Assembly (NCBI GenBank): GCA_045577695.1
Contig: JAZNIW010000002.1
Coordinates: 205 to 64,204, forward strand
From: Acutalibacteraceae bacterium
GTDB taxonomy: Bacteria > Bacillota > Clostridia > Oscillospirales > Acutalibacteraceae
DNA length: 64,000 nt
Direction of reading: 5' to 3'
Notes under the pieces: model-generated
Database searches by the model: none
Told to the model about the DNA's origin: nothing
What the model saw: only the letters and a program-made list of their open reading frames with translations
Shown here: one piece after another, positions 27,638-38,148 of the stretch
Numbering within the stretch: position 1 is the first letter of the stretch
How the letters are laid out: the number at the start of each line of letters is the position of its first letter
Made by a program: the position numbers and the translations under genes

Positions 27638-30043
27638 CTATTTTGCAACGATGTTGACTAATTTCCCAACAACGTAAATTTCTTTGAGGATTTTCTTGCC
27701 GGCCAGTTCGGCTGCAACCTTTTCCTCGGCCTTCGCAGCGGCCAACACATCCGCTTGCTCGGCATCGGCTGAAATCATCATTTTCGCCTTGATTTTACCG
27801 CAAATTTGCACCGCAATTTCCACTTCGTTTTGCTTGCATTTAGTTTCTTCGTAGGTCGGCCACTGTGCGGCATTCAAAACACCTTCAAAGCCGGACATTT
27901 CCCAAAGCTCCTCGGTAATGTGCGGAGCAAAGGGATTGAGCAACAATAAGTAGGTGCGCCATTCATCGCGGGTCAAAGAACCCTTGGCCGTAATATCGTT
28001 AAGCAGCGCCATCAATGCAGCAATGGCTGTGTTCATTTTTAAGGATTCAATATCCTCGCCAACCTTTTTGATGGTGCGATGGAAGGCAGATTCTAACGCA
28101 ACCGAATAACCACTTTGTTCGGTGACCACATCGGCCAAATTCCAAACGCGCTCTAAAAAGCGTTTGCATCCCTTGATGGAAGTCGAACTCCACGGAGCGG
28201 CCTTTTCAAAATCGCCGATAAACATTTCGTACAACCGCATAGTGTCAGCGCCGTACTCCCGCACGATATCGTCGGGGTTGACCACATTACCGCGCGATTT
28301 AGACATTTTTTCACCATTCTCGCCCAAAATCATACCGTGGCTGGTCCGTTTTTGATAAGGCTCGGCCGTGGGCACTAAGCCTTGGTCGTACAAGAATTTA
28401 TGCCAAAAACGGCTGTAAAGCAAGTGAAGAGTGGTGTGCTCCATACCACCATTGTACCAATCGACCGGCATCCAGTATTTCAAGGCTTCTTCGGCGGCAA
28501 AGGCGGAATCGTTTTTGGGGTCGATATACCGCAGGAAATACCACGAAGAACCGGCCCATTGCGGCATAGTATCGGTTTCGCGCCGAGCTGCACCGCCGCA
28601 GTGCGGACATCCGGTATTGACCCAATCGGTCATCTTGGCCAACGGAGATTCGCCATTTTCGGTCGGTTCATAGGAATCGACATTTGGCAATAACAAGGGT
28701 AGTTCGCTTTCGGGAAGCGGAACATACCCGCATTTTTCGCAATAGACAATCGGTATGGGTTCGCCCCAATAGCGTTGGCGGGAGAACACCCAATCGCGCA
28801 ATTTGTAGTTTACTTTGCTGTGCCCGATGTTTTTCTCACTTAAATAAGCGGTGATTTTTTCTTTGGCCTCTTCTACGCTGAGTCCGTCTAAAAAGCCGGA
28901 GTTAACCATCACACCGGTGTTGCAATCCACAAAGGGCTCTTTTTCAATATCACCACCGGCCACCACTTCAACAATCGGCAAATCAAACTGTTTGGCGAAT
29001 TCGTAGTCGCGGGTATCGTGGGCAGGCACCGCCATAATGGCACCGGTTCCGTAAGAAACCAATACATAATCCGAAATAAAAATCGGGATTTCTTTGCCGT
29101 TAACAGGGTTGATGGCTTTGACGCCGTCCAAACAAACGCCGGTTTTCTCTTTGGCTACCTCGGTGCGTTCAAAATCCGACTTACGGGCTGCCATTTCACG
29201 ATAGGCCGTAATCTCATCGAAATTGGAAAGTTTTTCTTTCCACGCATCGACCATCGGATGTTCGGGAGCAATGACCATATAGGTTGCACCAAACAAGGTA
29301 TCCGGGCGGGTGGAATAAACCGTTAACACATCGCCGGTAGTCGTTTGAAAATCAATCTCCGCACCGGTTGAGCGGCCAATCCAGTTGCGCTGTTGGGTTT
29401 TGACACGTTCCACAAAATCCACCGTATCCAGTCCGTCCAACAGTTTTTCGGCGTAGTCGGTAATTTTCAGCATCCATTGGCTTTTAACGCGGCGAACTAC
29501 CTCGCTGCCGCAACGCTCGCAAACGCCGCCAACCACTTCTTCGTTGGCCAGTACGCATTTGCAAGAGGTACACCAGTTAACCGCCATTTCTTTTTTATAG
29601 GCCAACCCTTGTTCGAACAATTTTAAGAAAATCCATTGGGTCCACTTATAATAAGAAGGGTCGGTGGTATCAATCTCGCGATTCCAATCAAAGGAAAAGC
29701 CGAGGGATTTGAGTTGCTTTTTAAAGTTAGCAATATTCTCTTTGGTAACCACTTCGGGATGAATGTGGTTTTTGATGGCATAGTTTTCAGTCGGCAAACC
29801 AAAGGCATCAAACCCCATCGGATAAAGTACATTATAACCCGCCAAACGTTTTTTGCGCGACACAATGTCCAAGGCTGTGTAAGAGCGCGGATGTCCCACG
29901 TGCAATCCCTGCCCCGAAGGGTAGGGGAATTCCACCAAAGCATAAAACTTTGGCAACGAATAATCTTCTTTCGCGGCAAAAGCATTCGTTTCTTCCCAAA
30001 TTTTTTGCCATTTTTTCTCGACTGCTGTAAAATCGTATTTCAT
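27638..30043 (-). CDS. leuS: leucine--tRNA ligase
   Basis: HIGH-type motif HVGHPRSY and KMSKS motif [11 protein letters not shown] 30043 ([16 protein letters not shown]) is preferred over the track start at 30064. Confidence 0.96.
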   Translation of the reverse strand: MKYDFTAVEKKWQKIWEETNAFAAKEDYSLPKFYALVEFPYPSGQGLHVGHPRSYTALDIVSRKKRLAGYNVLYPMGFDAFGLPTENYAIKNHIHPEVVTKENIANFKKQLKSLGFSFDWNREIDTTDPSYYKWTQWIFLKLFEQGLAYKKEMAVNWCTSCKCVLANEEVVGGVCERCGSEVVRRVKSQWMLKITDYAEKLLDGLDTVDFVERVKTQQRNWIGRSTGAEIDFQTTTGDVLTVYSTRPDTLFGATYMVIAPEHPMVDAWKEKLSNFDEITAYREMAARKSDFERTEVAKEKTGVCLDGVKAINPVNGKEIPIFISDYVLVSYGTGAIMAVPAHDTRDYEFAKQFDLPIVEVVAGGDIEKEPFVDCNTGVMVNSGFLDGLSVEEAKEKITAYLSEKNIGHSKVNYKLRDWVFSRQRYWGEPIPIVYCEKCGYVPLPESELPLLLPNVDSYEPTENGESPLAKMTDWVNTGCPHCGGAARRETDTMPQWAGSSWYFLRYIDPKNDSAFAAEEALKYWMPVDWYNGGMEHTTLHLLYSRFWHKFLYDQGLVPTAEPYQKRTSHGMILGENGEKMSKSRGNVVNPDDIVREYGADTMRLYEMFIGDFEKAAPWSSTSIKGCKRFLERVWNLADVVTEQSGYSVALESAFHRTIKKVGEDIESLKMNTAIAALMALLNDITAKGSLTRDEWRTYLLLLNPFAPHITEELWEMSGFEGVLNAAQWPTYEETKCKQNEVEIAVQICGKIKAKMMISADAEQADVLAAAKAEEKVAAELAGKKILKEIYVVGKLVNIVAK

Positions 30044-30090
30044 AGGTGTTCCGTCCTTTAACAAAATCTTGCTTACATCCGAAATCGCGA

Positions 30091-30432
30091 TTAATCGGCA
30101 CGGATAGAATCGCTAATATCCAGTTCTTTGGCATCTTGCCAGGTATGGGACAAGCCGTAAAACTCACGGGTTTTTGGGTCCATCACGTGAATGACCATCG
30201 TCCCGTAATCCAACAAAATCCAACCGGTCGAACGCCCCTCAATGTGGTGCGGTTCCACCCCTAGGTTGGAAAGTGCCTCCTCCACCGCTTCGGAAAGTGC
30301 GCGCACGTGGGTAGAAGAAGTTGCGGTTGCCAAAATGAAATAATCGGCAAAGACAGTAAGTTCGGTTACCTCTAAAGCCTTTAAATCCATTGCTTTTTTA
30401 TCATCTAACGCCTTGACGGCGATTTTTACCAT
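30091..30432 (-). CDS. rsfS: ribosome silencing factor
   Basis: [22 protein letters not shown]...[18 protein letters not shown] is typical of RsfS/iojap. Confidence 0.88.
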   Translation of the reverse strand: MVKIAVKALDDKKAMDLKALEVTELTVFADYFILATATSSTHVRALSEAVEEALSNLGVEPHHIEGRSTGWILLDYGTMVIHVMDPKTREFYGLSHTWQDAKELDISDSIRAD

Positions 30433-30467
30433 TTCCGTTCCGGTCAAAAAAATTCCTCTTTTCTTTT

Positions 30468-31679
30468 TTACAATGATTCTGTTTGGCCCACGTATTGCGC
30501 ATAGGCCTCCAGGGTGTCGGGATGAATGGCGCACCCTTTTTGTTTCAAATCCATTACGGTGAAAATTAGGGCCTCCTGCATCGCAACCTCCAGCCCCTCA
30601 TCTACGGCACGACGCATCTCCTCCACTCCGTCATAATCGCGATCGAACGAAGTGTAGTCAGCCAAATACAAAATGGTTTCAAGCAAAGTCATATCGGCCT
30701 TGGCGGTGGTGTGAAAAGAAACAGCCGATAGAATTTCCTCATCCTTAATCTGTAAGACCTGTTGCAAATAGGCAGTCCCTACCTTGGCATGCCAAAGTTT
30801 TGGTACCTGTTGCTCGGTCGTGTCTAATATTATACCAAACTGTTTCATATATTGCAACTGTTCTTCACGGGTATTATCCTTGCAAACATCGTGCAATAAT
30901 CCGGCCAAAAATGCCGATTCCAACGGGGCGCCGTAGCGATCGGCCAAGCGAAGCGCCTCGGTGGCAACACAAAGCGAATGGTAAAATCTTCGTTCGGTCA
31001 ATCGTTTTTTCAAATGGTCCACATAGTTACGGTGCCGTTCCAAAAAATTTTTTTCTTGCTGTTTCCATTTTTCCATTGCCTTTTCCCCTTTGTATAGACC
31101 ATTTGAAGCAATATATTCTATGACCGAAGGCTCTAACCATTGGTCGGCCGAAATTCCCTGTTCCAAAGCCTGCCGTACCGCACTGGAAGAAATGGGCGGC
31201 GGTTGCTCTGTGAGAATGGTAACACATCCGCCAAGGTTTCGCAATGCGACCGCAGCCTGTTCCATCTGATCTTGGGAAATTCCATCCCGTCGGTAAGCGA
31301 ATAAATCGGCCTTTTGCAAAATATCGGTATAACGAAACCAGGTGTGAAACTGTACCAAACTATCGGCACCGATAATCAGCGTCGGGTGGAAAATCCCGCA
31401 TTTCTCCAATTCTTCTAACGTCTCAATGGTATAGCTCTTTTCACGGCGAGTTACCTCAACATTTGAAACCGAAACGGTCGAAAGGTTAGCAAAGGCCAAA
31501 CGGCACATAGCCAAGCGATCCTCGGGAGAGGCGAATTTACCTTGCTTATGGGGCGGAAGAAAAGAAGGTATTACAAGTATTTGATTCCACTTCTTTTGCG
31601 AAACGGCCCATTCCACCATCGCGCGATGGCCGAGATGAGGCGGATTAAACGTACCGCCGAAAATTGCTGTTTGCCCCAC
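30468..31679 (-). CDS. nadD: fusion: nicotinate-nucleotide adenylyltransferase (NadD) plus HD-domain YqeK (Ap4A hydrolase-type)
   Basis: The N-terminus has GGTFNPPHLGH. The C-terminal half has RFYHSLCVA...LLHDVCKD (HD). It is one frame of 403 aa with a GTG start after AGGGGGTGG. Confidence 0.85.
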   Translation of the reverse strand: MGQTAIFGGTFNPPHLGHRAMVEWAVSQKKWNQILVIPSFLPPHKQGKFASPEDRLAMCRLAFANLSTVSVSNVEVTRREKSYTIETLEELEKCGIFHPTLIIGADSLVQFHTWFRYTDILQKADLFAYRRDGISQDQMEQAAVALRNLGGCVTILTEQPPPISSSAVRQALEQGISADQWLEPSVIEYIASNGLYKGEKAMEKWKQQEKNFLERHRNYVDHLKKRLTERRFYHSLCVATEALRLADRYGAPLESAFLAGLLHDVCKDNTREEQLQYMKQFGIILDTTEQQVPKLWHAKVGTAYLQQVLQIKDEEILSAVSFHTTAKADMTLLETILYLADYTSFDRDYDGVEEMRRAVDEGLEVAMQEALIFTVMDLKQKGCAIHPDTLEAYAQYVGQTESL

Positions 31680-31706
31680 CGTGCCACCCCCTAAAAAATT
31701 GCAATC

Positions 31707-32009
31707 TTATCGTTTTTTGGTTTTTAAAAAGATTTTTTGGTTTTCTTTACTTTTGCGGTAAAGCACAAACTTACGACCGATAACCTGCACCACATCCGCA
31801 CCGGTGGCATCGGCAATTTGGTCTGCCGCCTCACGCGAAGTCTGCGGTGCCGTTTCCAACACCGAACATTTAATAAGTTCACGCTTTTCCAAGGTTTCGT
31901 CCACCTGACGAATCAGTTGGTCGTTAACCCCACCCTTACCAATTTGAAAAATCGCTTCGTAGGAATTGGCCATAGAGCGCAATTGGGCACGTTGTTTACT
32001 GTTCAACAT
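31707..32009 (-). CDS. yhbY: YhbY/CRM-domain ribosome assembly RNA-binding protein
   Basis: LNSKQRAQLRSMAN...QIGKGGVNDQLI. Confidence 0.85.
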   Translation of the reverse strand: MLNSKQRAQLRSMANSYEAIFQIGKGGVNDQLIRQVDETLEKRELIKCSVLETAPQTSREAADQIADATGADVVQVIGRKFVLYRKSKENQKIFLKTKKR

Positions 32010-32046
32010 GGAATATAATTCCTTTCTTTTACAATTCTTTTCGTGT

Positions 32047-32634
32047 TTAAAGGTATTCCGACAACTTTTCAACCATAGCACGCAACGCCTTGCCACGGTG
32101 ACTGATGGCATCTTTTTCGGCATCGGTCAAAAGGCCGAAACACCCTTTGTCACTCACAAAAAGTGGGTCATAGCCAAAGCCGTTCCGACCGCTTGGTTCG
32201 GTGGCAATATTGCCCTCACAGGTGCCGCGTACAGTAAATTCCCGTCCATCCGGGAACACCACCGCAACGGCCGAAACAAAGCGAGCGGTGCGGCGCTCTT
32301 TGGGAACCCCCTCTAACGCCGCTAATAATTTCGCGTTGTTTTGCGCATCGTCCTTACCCTCGCCGGCATACCGAGCCGAATAGACACCGGGGGCACCATC
32401 TAAATAATCGACGCAAAGCCCCGAATCGTCGGCAACGGCGGCAAGGCCGGTTATTTTCATAGCCGAACGGGCTTTGAGCAGCGCGTTTCCCTCAAAGGTA
32501 TCCGCATCCTCCACCACTTCGGTCAAGGTTCGGTCAAGTTCCGTTTCCGAAATAACTTCGTGCCCAAGGGGGGCCAAAATACGACGCAATTCGTTTAATT
32601 TTTTTTGATTTTTTGTAGCTAAAATAAATTTCAT
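32047..32634 (-). CDS. rdgB: XTP/dITP diphosphatase (RdgB/HAM1)
   Basis: MKFILATKNQKKLNEL...FGYDPLF...SHRGKA. Confidence 0.9.
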   Translation of the reverse strand: MKFILATKNQKKLNELRRILAPLGHEVISETELDRTLTEVVEDADTFEGNALLKARSAMKITGLAAVADDSGLCVDYLDGAPGVYSARYAGEGKDDAQNNAKLLAALEGVPKERRTARFVSAVAVVFPDGREFTVRGTCEGNIATEPSGRNGFGYDPLFVSDKGCFGLLTDAEKDAISHRGKALRAMVEKLSEYL

Positions 32635-32644
32635 ATTTTTCTTC

Positions 32645-33559
32645 CTATTCTTCGGCAAACAATCCGTCTGCAAAAACGGCGGCATCAAAGGGTTGCAAAT
32701 CGTCAATTTGTTCTCCCACCCCGATGAATTTCACCGGAATCTGCAATTCTTCCATAATGCTCAGCACGATGCCGCCACGGGCGGTACCATCCAATTTGGT
32801 CAACACAATGCCGTCAATCTTTGCCACCTCGCCAAATTGTTTGGCTTGGTTTACGGCATTTTGACCGGTAGCGGCATCCAAAACCAAAAGGGTCTCTTTT
32901 TTGCCGCCACCCAATTCGCGGTCAATCACACGGTTGATTTTGGCCAATTCTTCCATCAAATTTTTCTTATTGTGCAACCGACCGGCCGTATCGCAAATAA
33001 TCACGTCGGCCCTTCGGGCTTTGGCCGAAGCAATGGTGTCGTACACCACCGAGGCGGGGTCGGTTCCGTCAACACTTTTCACCATATGCACACCGGCTCG
33101 CTCGGCCCAAATGCCGAGCTGTTCAATCGCCGCAGCACGGAAGGTATCGGCCGCACCCAGAACCACCTGTTTGCCCTGCGCCTTAAGGCCGGCAGCCAAC
33201 TTGCCGATGGTAGTGGTTTTTCCGACCCCATTAACCCCAATCACCAATAATAAGGTAGGGCGGGTATCGGTATCCAAACGCGCATCTCCTTGGGCTAAAA
33301 TATTTAAAATAATCTCTTTCAACATCGAGCGAATCAAGGCAGGATCGGTGACCTTTTCGGCTTTGACTTTTTCACGCAGCCGCTCACAAATGGAAGCCGA
33401 TGTAGCGGCCGAAATATCACAAAGAATTAAGGATTCTTCCAACTCTTCAAAAAGTTCTTCATCGATCTTGGTAAAGCCGCCCAACACCGATCCAACCGCA
33501 TTTAAAAAAGATTGACTGGTCTTTTTAAGACCGTTTTTTATTTTACTGAAAAATGCCAT
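32645..33559 (-). CDS. ftsY: signal recognition particle receptor FtsY (NG domains only)
   Basis: GVNGVGKTTTIGKLA, DTAGRLH and TKLDGTARGG. Confidence 0.95.
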   Translation of the reverse strand: MAFFSKIKNGLKKTSQSFLNAVGSVLGGFTKIDEELFEELEESLILCDISAATSASICERLREKVKAEKVTDPALIRSMLKEIILNILAQGDARLDTDTRPTLLLVIGVNGVGKTTTIGKLAAGLKAQGKQVVLGAADTFRAAAIEQLGIWAERAGVHMVKSVDGTDPASVVYDTIASAKARRADVIICDTAGRLHNKKNLMEELAKINRVIDRELGGGKKETLLVLDAATGQNAVNQAKQFGEVAKIDGIVLTKLDGTARGGIVLSIMEELQIPVKFIGVGEQIDDLQPFDAAVFADGLFAEE

Positions 33560-33575
33560 CTTGCACTCCTGATTT

Positions 33576-36500
33576 TTATTTTGCTTCTAAGGATTGTAAA
33601 TCCATTTCCAACTGTGCTACGTTCAGTTGAATCAATTTGGTTACACCGCGCTCCTGCATCGTAACGCCGTACAACATATCGGCCGCCTCCATTGTCCCGC
33701 GACGATGGGTAATACAGATAAACTGGGTATCCAAATTCGAATGTTTCATATAATTGGCAAACCGCTCCACGTTGATGTCATCCAGCGCCGTTTCTACCTC
33801 ATCCAAGAAACAGAAGGGGGGAGCGTTAACCTGCATAATAGCAAAGTAAATGGAAATGGCAATCAGCGCTTTTTCACCGCCCGAAAGTCCTTCCAAACTC
33901 GGGACGTTTTTACCCGGCAACTTGGCGATAATATCAATGCCGCTTTGCAAGGGGTCACTGGGGTCGGAAAGTTTGAGTTCGGCGTGACCGCCCCCAAACA
34001 TTTCGGTGAAAATACGGGAGAAGTTTTCCCCGATACGGTCAAATCCATCCATAAACATTTGCCGCATTTGTTCGGTTAACTCACTGATGAGACGGTTTAA
34101 ATCGGCCTTGGTTTTCTCCACATCTTCTACCTGCGCCGAAAGGAATGCAAACCGCTCACTGACCTCCTTATATTCCTCAATGGCAGCCACATTCACATGA
34201 CCCAAAGCCTTGATTTTGCTTTTGGTCTCCGAAAGGGATTTTTTGGCAGCAGCGGGATTTTCTACTTCGATGCCCATACTCTCGGCCTCGGTACGGGTAA
34301 GTTCATACTCATCGTACAAACGGGTAATAATATCGTCTAATTCGGCCGTCATCGATTCTTTTTGGGCTTTTAAGCGTTCGAGTTCGCCGTTAACTCGCTC
34401 GCGCTCGCCGGTTTTATCCCGTTCGTTTTGGCGCAAGGCCGAAGAAGAGGCTTCCACCTCATTGCGGCGTGCCAATTTCTCCTCTACCTCTTGTTGCTTG
34501 GCTGTCACCGTATTGCGAGCAGCAACAACGGCTTTTTCCAATGTCGACACCGAGGCAATATAGGCTTGCTCTTTTTCATAAGCAGCGACTATTTCTTGTT
34601 CGATGATAATGGCTTGCTCCGAACGGCCGCTCATCGCTTGTTGCAACGACAAAACGGTGTTTTTGGCCACCTCTTTATCCTTTTCATTCGTAGCGATGGC
34701 AAGGCGCAGTTCGGTCAATTTGGCACTAAGTTGTTCACGCTCATCCGCCGTTTCGTCGCGACCACCGGTTATTTGCGCCATCTCCGATTCAATGGCGGTT
34801 TGTTCCGCCTGCAAGGCTACCATATCGGCGGCGGCTTGGTCGGCCATCTGTTGAAGTTCCTCCAACCGCGCGACTGCGGAATTTTTTTCCTGCTCCATTT
34901 CCAGTAGTTGACACTCTGTGGCGGCCAGCAACTGCGACACGCGACGGATTTCGCCCTCAATGCGAATTTTATCCTCCGACGCCGAGATACTTTCGCTCTT
35001 GACCGCCAATACTTCGGCCTCTACCGTAGCTAAGGCGGCGACTGCTGCCTCATACTCGGTTTGCTGTTGGTTGCGCTTGGCTTCTAACTGTTTGACCTTG
35101 TTTTTCAAGATTTCAATATCGCCGGCGCGACTCAGCAGTCCGGAATGTTTGCCCAGCGAACCACCGGTCAACGAACCGCCCGCATTGACCACTTGGCCAT
35201 CCAAAGATACGACCTTAAAACGGTAGTTGTATTTTTTGGCTATTGCGATGGCGGAATCGATATCCTCGGCAATCACGGTGCGGCCCAGTAGCCAAGATAC
35301 CGTTTCCTTATATTTGGCGTCGCACTCCACCAGTTCATCGGCTAACCCGACATAGCCATAATGGTCTTTCAATCCATTTTCGGTGAATCCGCGACTTTTT
35401 ATAGAGGTTAAAGGCAGGAAAGTGGCCCGCCCACGATTGCCCGCTTTCAAAAATGCAATAGCTTTTTTGGCGGCCATATCGTTATCAACCACAATGTTTT
35501 GGGCGGCGGCTCCCAGGGCGATTTCCACAGCAACAGCTACCTCTTTCGGCACACGAATAAGGTCTAAAATCGGGCCGTGAACGCCTTGCAAAAGGCCCTT
35601 TTCGGCTTCTTCCACCACAGCCTTAACCGAAAACTGATAGCCTTCCATATTTTTTTGCAAATCTTCCAAAATACCGGCGCGACGGGTTTTTTCGGCAATA
35701 TCCAAGGAAAGTTGGTCCAAGGCCTGCCTTTTGGATTCCACCGCTTCTTTGCGGTTATTCAGCCGCAACTCATAACCCTTTATGCTGTTTTCGTGCGAGG
35801 TAATGATTTCATTGGCACGCGCCAAATCGGTATCCAGCAATTCCTTTTCTTTTTTCCACTCCTCGACCTCGCATTGTCGCTCGATAAGAGTGGTGTCCAG
35901 CGATGCCATCCGCGCTTTGATTTCCTGCATAGAAGAGCGAGACGTCATCTCTTTAACGCGGCTTTCGGACAAACGAATCGAGACACCGTTAAGCTCCATC
36001 GCTTTGGCTTCCAAGGTGCGGGAAAGGGTTTCACTGCTCTGCAACAAGGTAGCCAGCGTTTCGCTTAACGCATCGGCCTTGCGACGTAGATTTTCTCCCG
36101 TTTCGGTCAAGGTGACAATGGTTTTTTCGTGCAGGGCGGCACTGGCCAAGGCTTCGGCATCGGTTTGCCCCAACTGCTCCTTCTCGGCTTGTAAACGCAG
36201 AATATTTTCTTTATTATGTGCCACATTGGCCTTAATAACATTGATTTCTCCCTCGGTGCGGGCCGCCTGCTCTTCCAAAGCGGCCATTTCAGCCTTTAAA
36301 TTATCCACCGCCACAGTAATGGCGGCAAACTCGGCCGAATTGGCTTCCATCGTTTGGTCAAAGTCGGTGAGCTCAGCCTCAATTTGGCGATACTGCTCCG
36401 CCGCCATTTCAATTTTGCTTTCCTGCTTACGGAAGGCCTCTTTCGAAGTTTCGAGCATATGTAACCATAGCCCGATTTCCAATTCTTTTTTTCGTGCGGC

Positions 36501-37154
36501 CAATTCCAAAAAGGCTTCGGCTTTTTCACTTTGGGTCTTGAGCGGGCCGACACGGCCGCGTAACTCTTCCAGAATATCACGCAGACGAAGTAAATTTTCC
36601 TCCGCGTTCGCCAAGCGGCGTTCGGCATCGGTTTTGCGATAGCGATACCGCGAAATACCCGAAGCTTCTTCGAAGATATCGCGGCGTTCGTTGGATTTGG
36701 ACCGCACGATGGTATCGATTTTACCTTGACCAATCATAGAATAACCGTCCCGTCCAAGGCCGGTATCCATAAAGAGTTCGTGCACGTCCTTCAGGCGCAC
36801 CGAAACACCGTTAATGGCGTACTCACTTTCGTGAGAACGATAATAACGGCGTGTTACGGAAACCTTATCTTCATTGAAATTCAGGCCGCGGTCGGCATTA
36901 TCAAAATGAATGGTAACCTCGCAAAATCCGTGTGGTTTGCGATTCTGGGTGCCGCTAAAAATAACGTCCTCCATACTGGAACCGCGCAAACTTTTGGTCG
37001 ATTGTTCCCCTAAAACCCAACGCACGGCATCGGAAACATTGCTTTTTCCACTTCCGTTCGGGCCGACCACAGCGGTCAATCCGCGGCCAAATTTCAAGGT
37101 AGTTTTATCGGCAAAAGATTTAAAACCGACAATATCAATTGATTTAATCCGCAC
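33576..37154 (-). CDS. smc: chromosome segregation protein SMC
   Basis: N-terminal GPNGSGKSNVSDAVRWVLGE, long coiled coils, C-terminal LSGGEKALIAISIYFA; 1192 aa. Confidence 0.97.
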   Translation of the reverse strand: MRIKSIDIVGFKSFADKTTLKFGRGLTAVVGPNGSGKSNVSDAVRWVLGEQSTKSLRGSSMEDVIFSGTQNRKPHGFCEVTIHFDNADRGLNFNEDKVSVTRRYYRSHESEYAINGVSVRLKDVHELFMDTGLGRDGYSMIGQGKIDTIVRSKSNERRDIFEEASGISRYRYRKTDAERRLANAEENLLRLRDILEELRGRVGPLKTQSEKAEAFLELAARKKELEIGLWLHMLETSKEAFRKQESKIEMAAEQYRQIEAELTDFDQTMEANSAEFAAITVAVDNLKAEMAALEEQAARTEGEINVIKANVAHNKENILRLQAEKEQLGQTDAEALASAALHEKTIVTLTETGENLRRKADALSETLATLLQSSETLSRTLEAKAMELNGVSIRLSESRVKEMTSRSSMQEIKARMASLDTTLIERQCEVEEWKKEKELLDTDLARANEIITSHENSIKGYELRLNNRKEAVESKRQALDQLSLDIAEKTRRAGILEDLQKNMEGYQFSVKAVVEEAEKGLLQGVHGPILDLIRVPKEVAVAVEIALGAAAQNIVVDNDMAAKKAIAFLKAGNRGRATFLPLTSIKSRGFTENGLKDHYGYVGLADELVECDAKYKETVSWLLGRTVIAEDIDSAIAIAKKYNYRFKVVSLDGQVVNAGGSLTGGSLGKHSGLLSRAGDIEILKNKVKQLEAKRNQQQTEYEAAVAALATVEAEVLAVKSESISASEDKIRIEGEIRRVSQLLAATECQLLEMEQEKNSAVARLEELQQMADQAAADMVALQAEQTAIESEMAQITGGRDETADEREQLSAKLTELRLAIATNEKDKEVAKNTVLSLQQAMSGRSEQAIIIEQEIVAAYEKEQAYIASVSTLEKAVVAARNTVTAKQQEVEEKLARRNEVEASSSALRQNERDKTGERERVNGELERLKAQKESMTAELDDIITRLYDEYELTRTEAESMGIEVENPAAAKKSLSETKSKIKALGHVNVAAIEEYKEVSERFAFLSAQVEDVEKTKADLNRLISELTEQMRQMFMDGFDRIGENFSRIFTEMFGGGHAELKLSDPSDPLQSGIDIIAKLPGKNVPSLEGLSGGEKALIAISIYFAIMQVNAPPFCFLDEVETALDDINVERFANYMKHSNLDTQFICITHRRGTMEAADMLYGVTMQERGVTKLIQLNVAQLEMDLQSLEAK

Positions 37155-38148
37155 GATGTTTACTCCTTACATAGATATCTGTTACCAAAGATTCTGTTAT
37201 CTTACTATTATATCCCATTTTTTTCAATATTTCAATATTGGTTTTATTATGCCCAATCATAGCAGAACCCTTTCCAATAGGAACCGTAATCAAAATTTCT
37301 CCGCGGGGAATATGGTTCTGTTTAAGTTGGGTTACAATCCGTTCCAATAAGATTTTACTTTGACAAAGTTCACCGAATGCGGGGTGCCACGGGCCGGCCA
37401 CCAAACGGTCAGCCTCGAGGGTGTGAAGCCCCACGCGAATCACCCGAATACCGGCCGACTCAAAAAGGGGAAGGAGCCGTGCCGTCAAAGAAACAGCCTC
37501 TTCTAATGTTTGAGGTTTGTACTCACCCGCCAAAAAACGGCGGTGAAGTTCGGTATCAGTTAGTACCACGGTGGGATAAATTCTTACCGTATCCGGCTGG
37601 CATTCGATGATTTTTTGGGCGGTATACAGTGCCCCCTCCTCGGTATCACCGAAAAGGCCCGTCATCATCTGCATTCCAAGCGAAAATCCGGCCTGACGAA
37701 TGCGTTTTGCGGCCATAATAATCTCCTCAGAGGTATGCCCGCGGTGATTCTTTTCCAGCACCGCATCAACAAAACTCTGACATCCCAGTTCAATTGCCGT
37801 TACCCCATATTGTTGCAACAAAAGGAGTATTTCGGGCGGTACAGCATCGGGTCGGGTGGAAAGACGAATGCCGGAGACCTTTCCTTGTTGCACCCAACGG
37901 TGGCCGGCCTGCAACAAAGAAAGCATATATTTCCTTGGAATGGCGGTAAAACTACCACCAAAAAAGGCCAGTTCGGTTGTTTTCGGGTCGTAGCGCATAC
38001 CACCAATGGCTTGCTCAACCGCGCGGTCGACATCGGCCGGTGTGGGGGCCTTGTTTTTCCCGGTGATGGCCCGTTGGTCACAAAAACTGCAACGGTGGGG
38101 ACAACCAATGTGGGGCACAAAAATCGAAATGTTTCCGTGACGGCTCAT
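37144..38148 (-). CDS. radical SAM protein (ELP3/MiaB-like fold), function unknown
   Basis: CPHRCSFCDQ CxxxCxxC motif at the N-terminus. It overlaps rnc (ATGA) and smc (11 nt). Confidence 0.8.
   Translation of the reverse strand: MSRHGNISIFVPHIGCPHRCSFCDQRAITGKNKAPTPADVDRAVEQAIGGMRYDPKTTELAFFGGSFTAIPRKYMLSLLQAGHRWVQQGKVSGIRLSTRPDAVPPEILLLLQQYGVTAIELGCQSFVDAVLEKNHRGHTSEEIIMAAKRIRQAGFSLGMQMMTGLFGDTEEGALYTAQKIIECQPDTVRIYPTVVLTDTELHRRFLAGEYKPQTLEEAVSLTARLLPLFESAGIRVIRVGLHTLEADRLVAGPWHPAFGELCQSKILLERIVTQLKQNHIPRGEILITVPIGKGSAMIGHNKTNIEILKKMGYNSKITESLVTDIYVRSKHRAD

Noticed and set aside
33627-36642. Several plus-strand ORFs of 100-286 aa (for example 35782..36642, 34428..34907) inside smc.
   Set aside because: They are antisense frames of a long coiled-coil gene. 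Their translations are Ser/Ala/Leu-rich and low complexity, with no start signals. The SMC frame is unambiguous.
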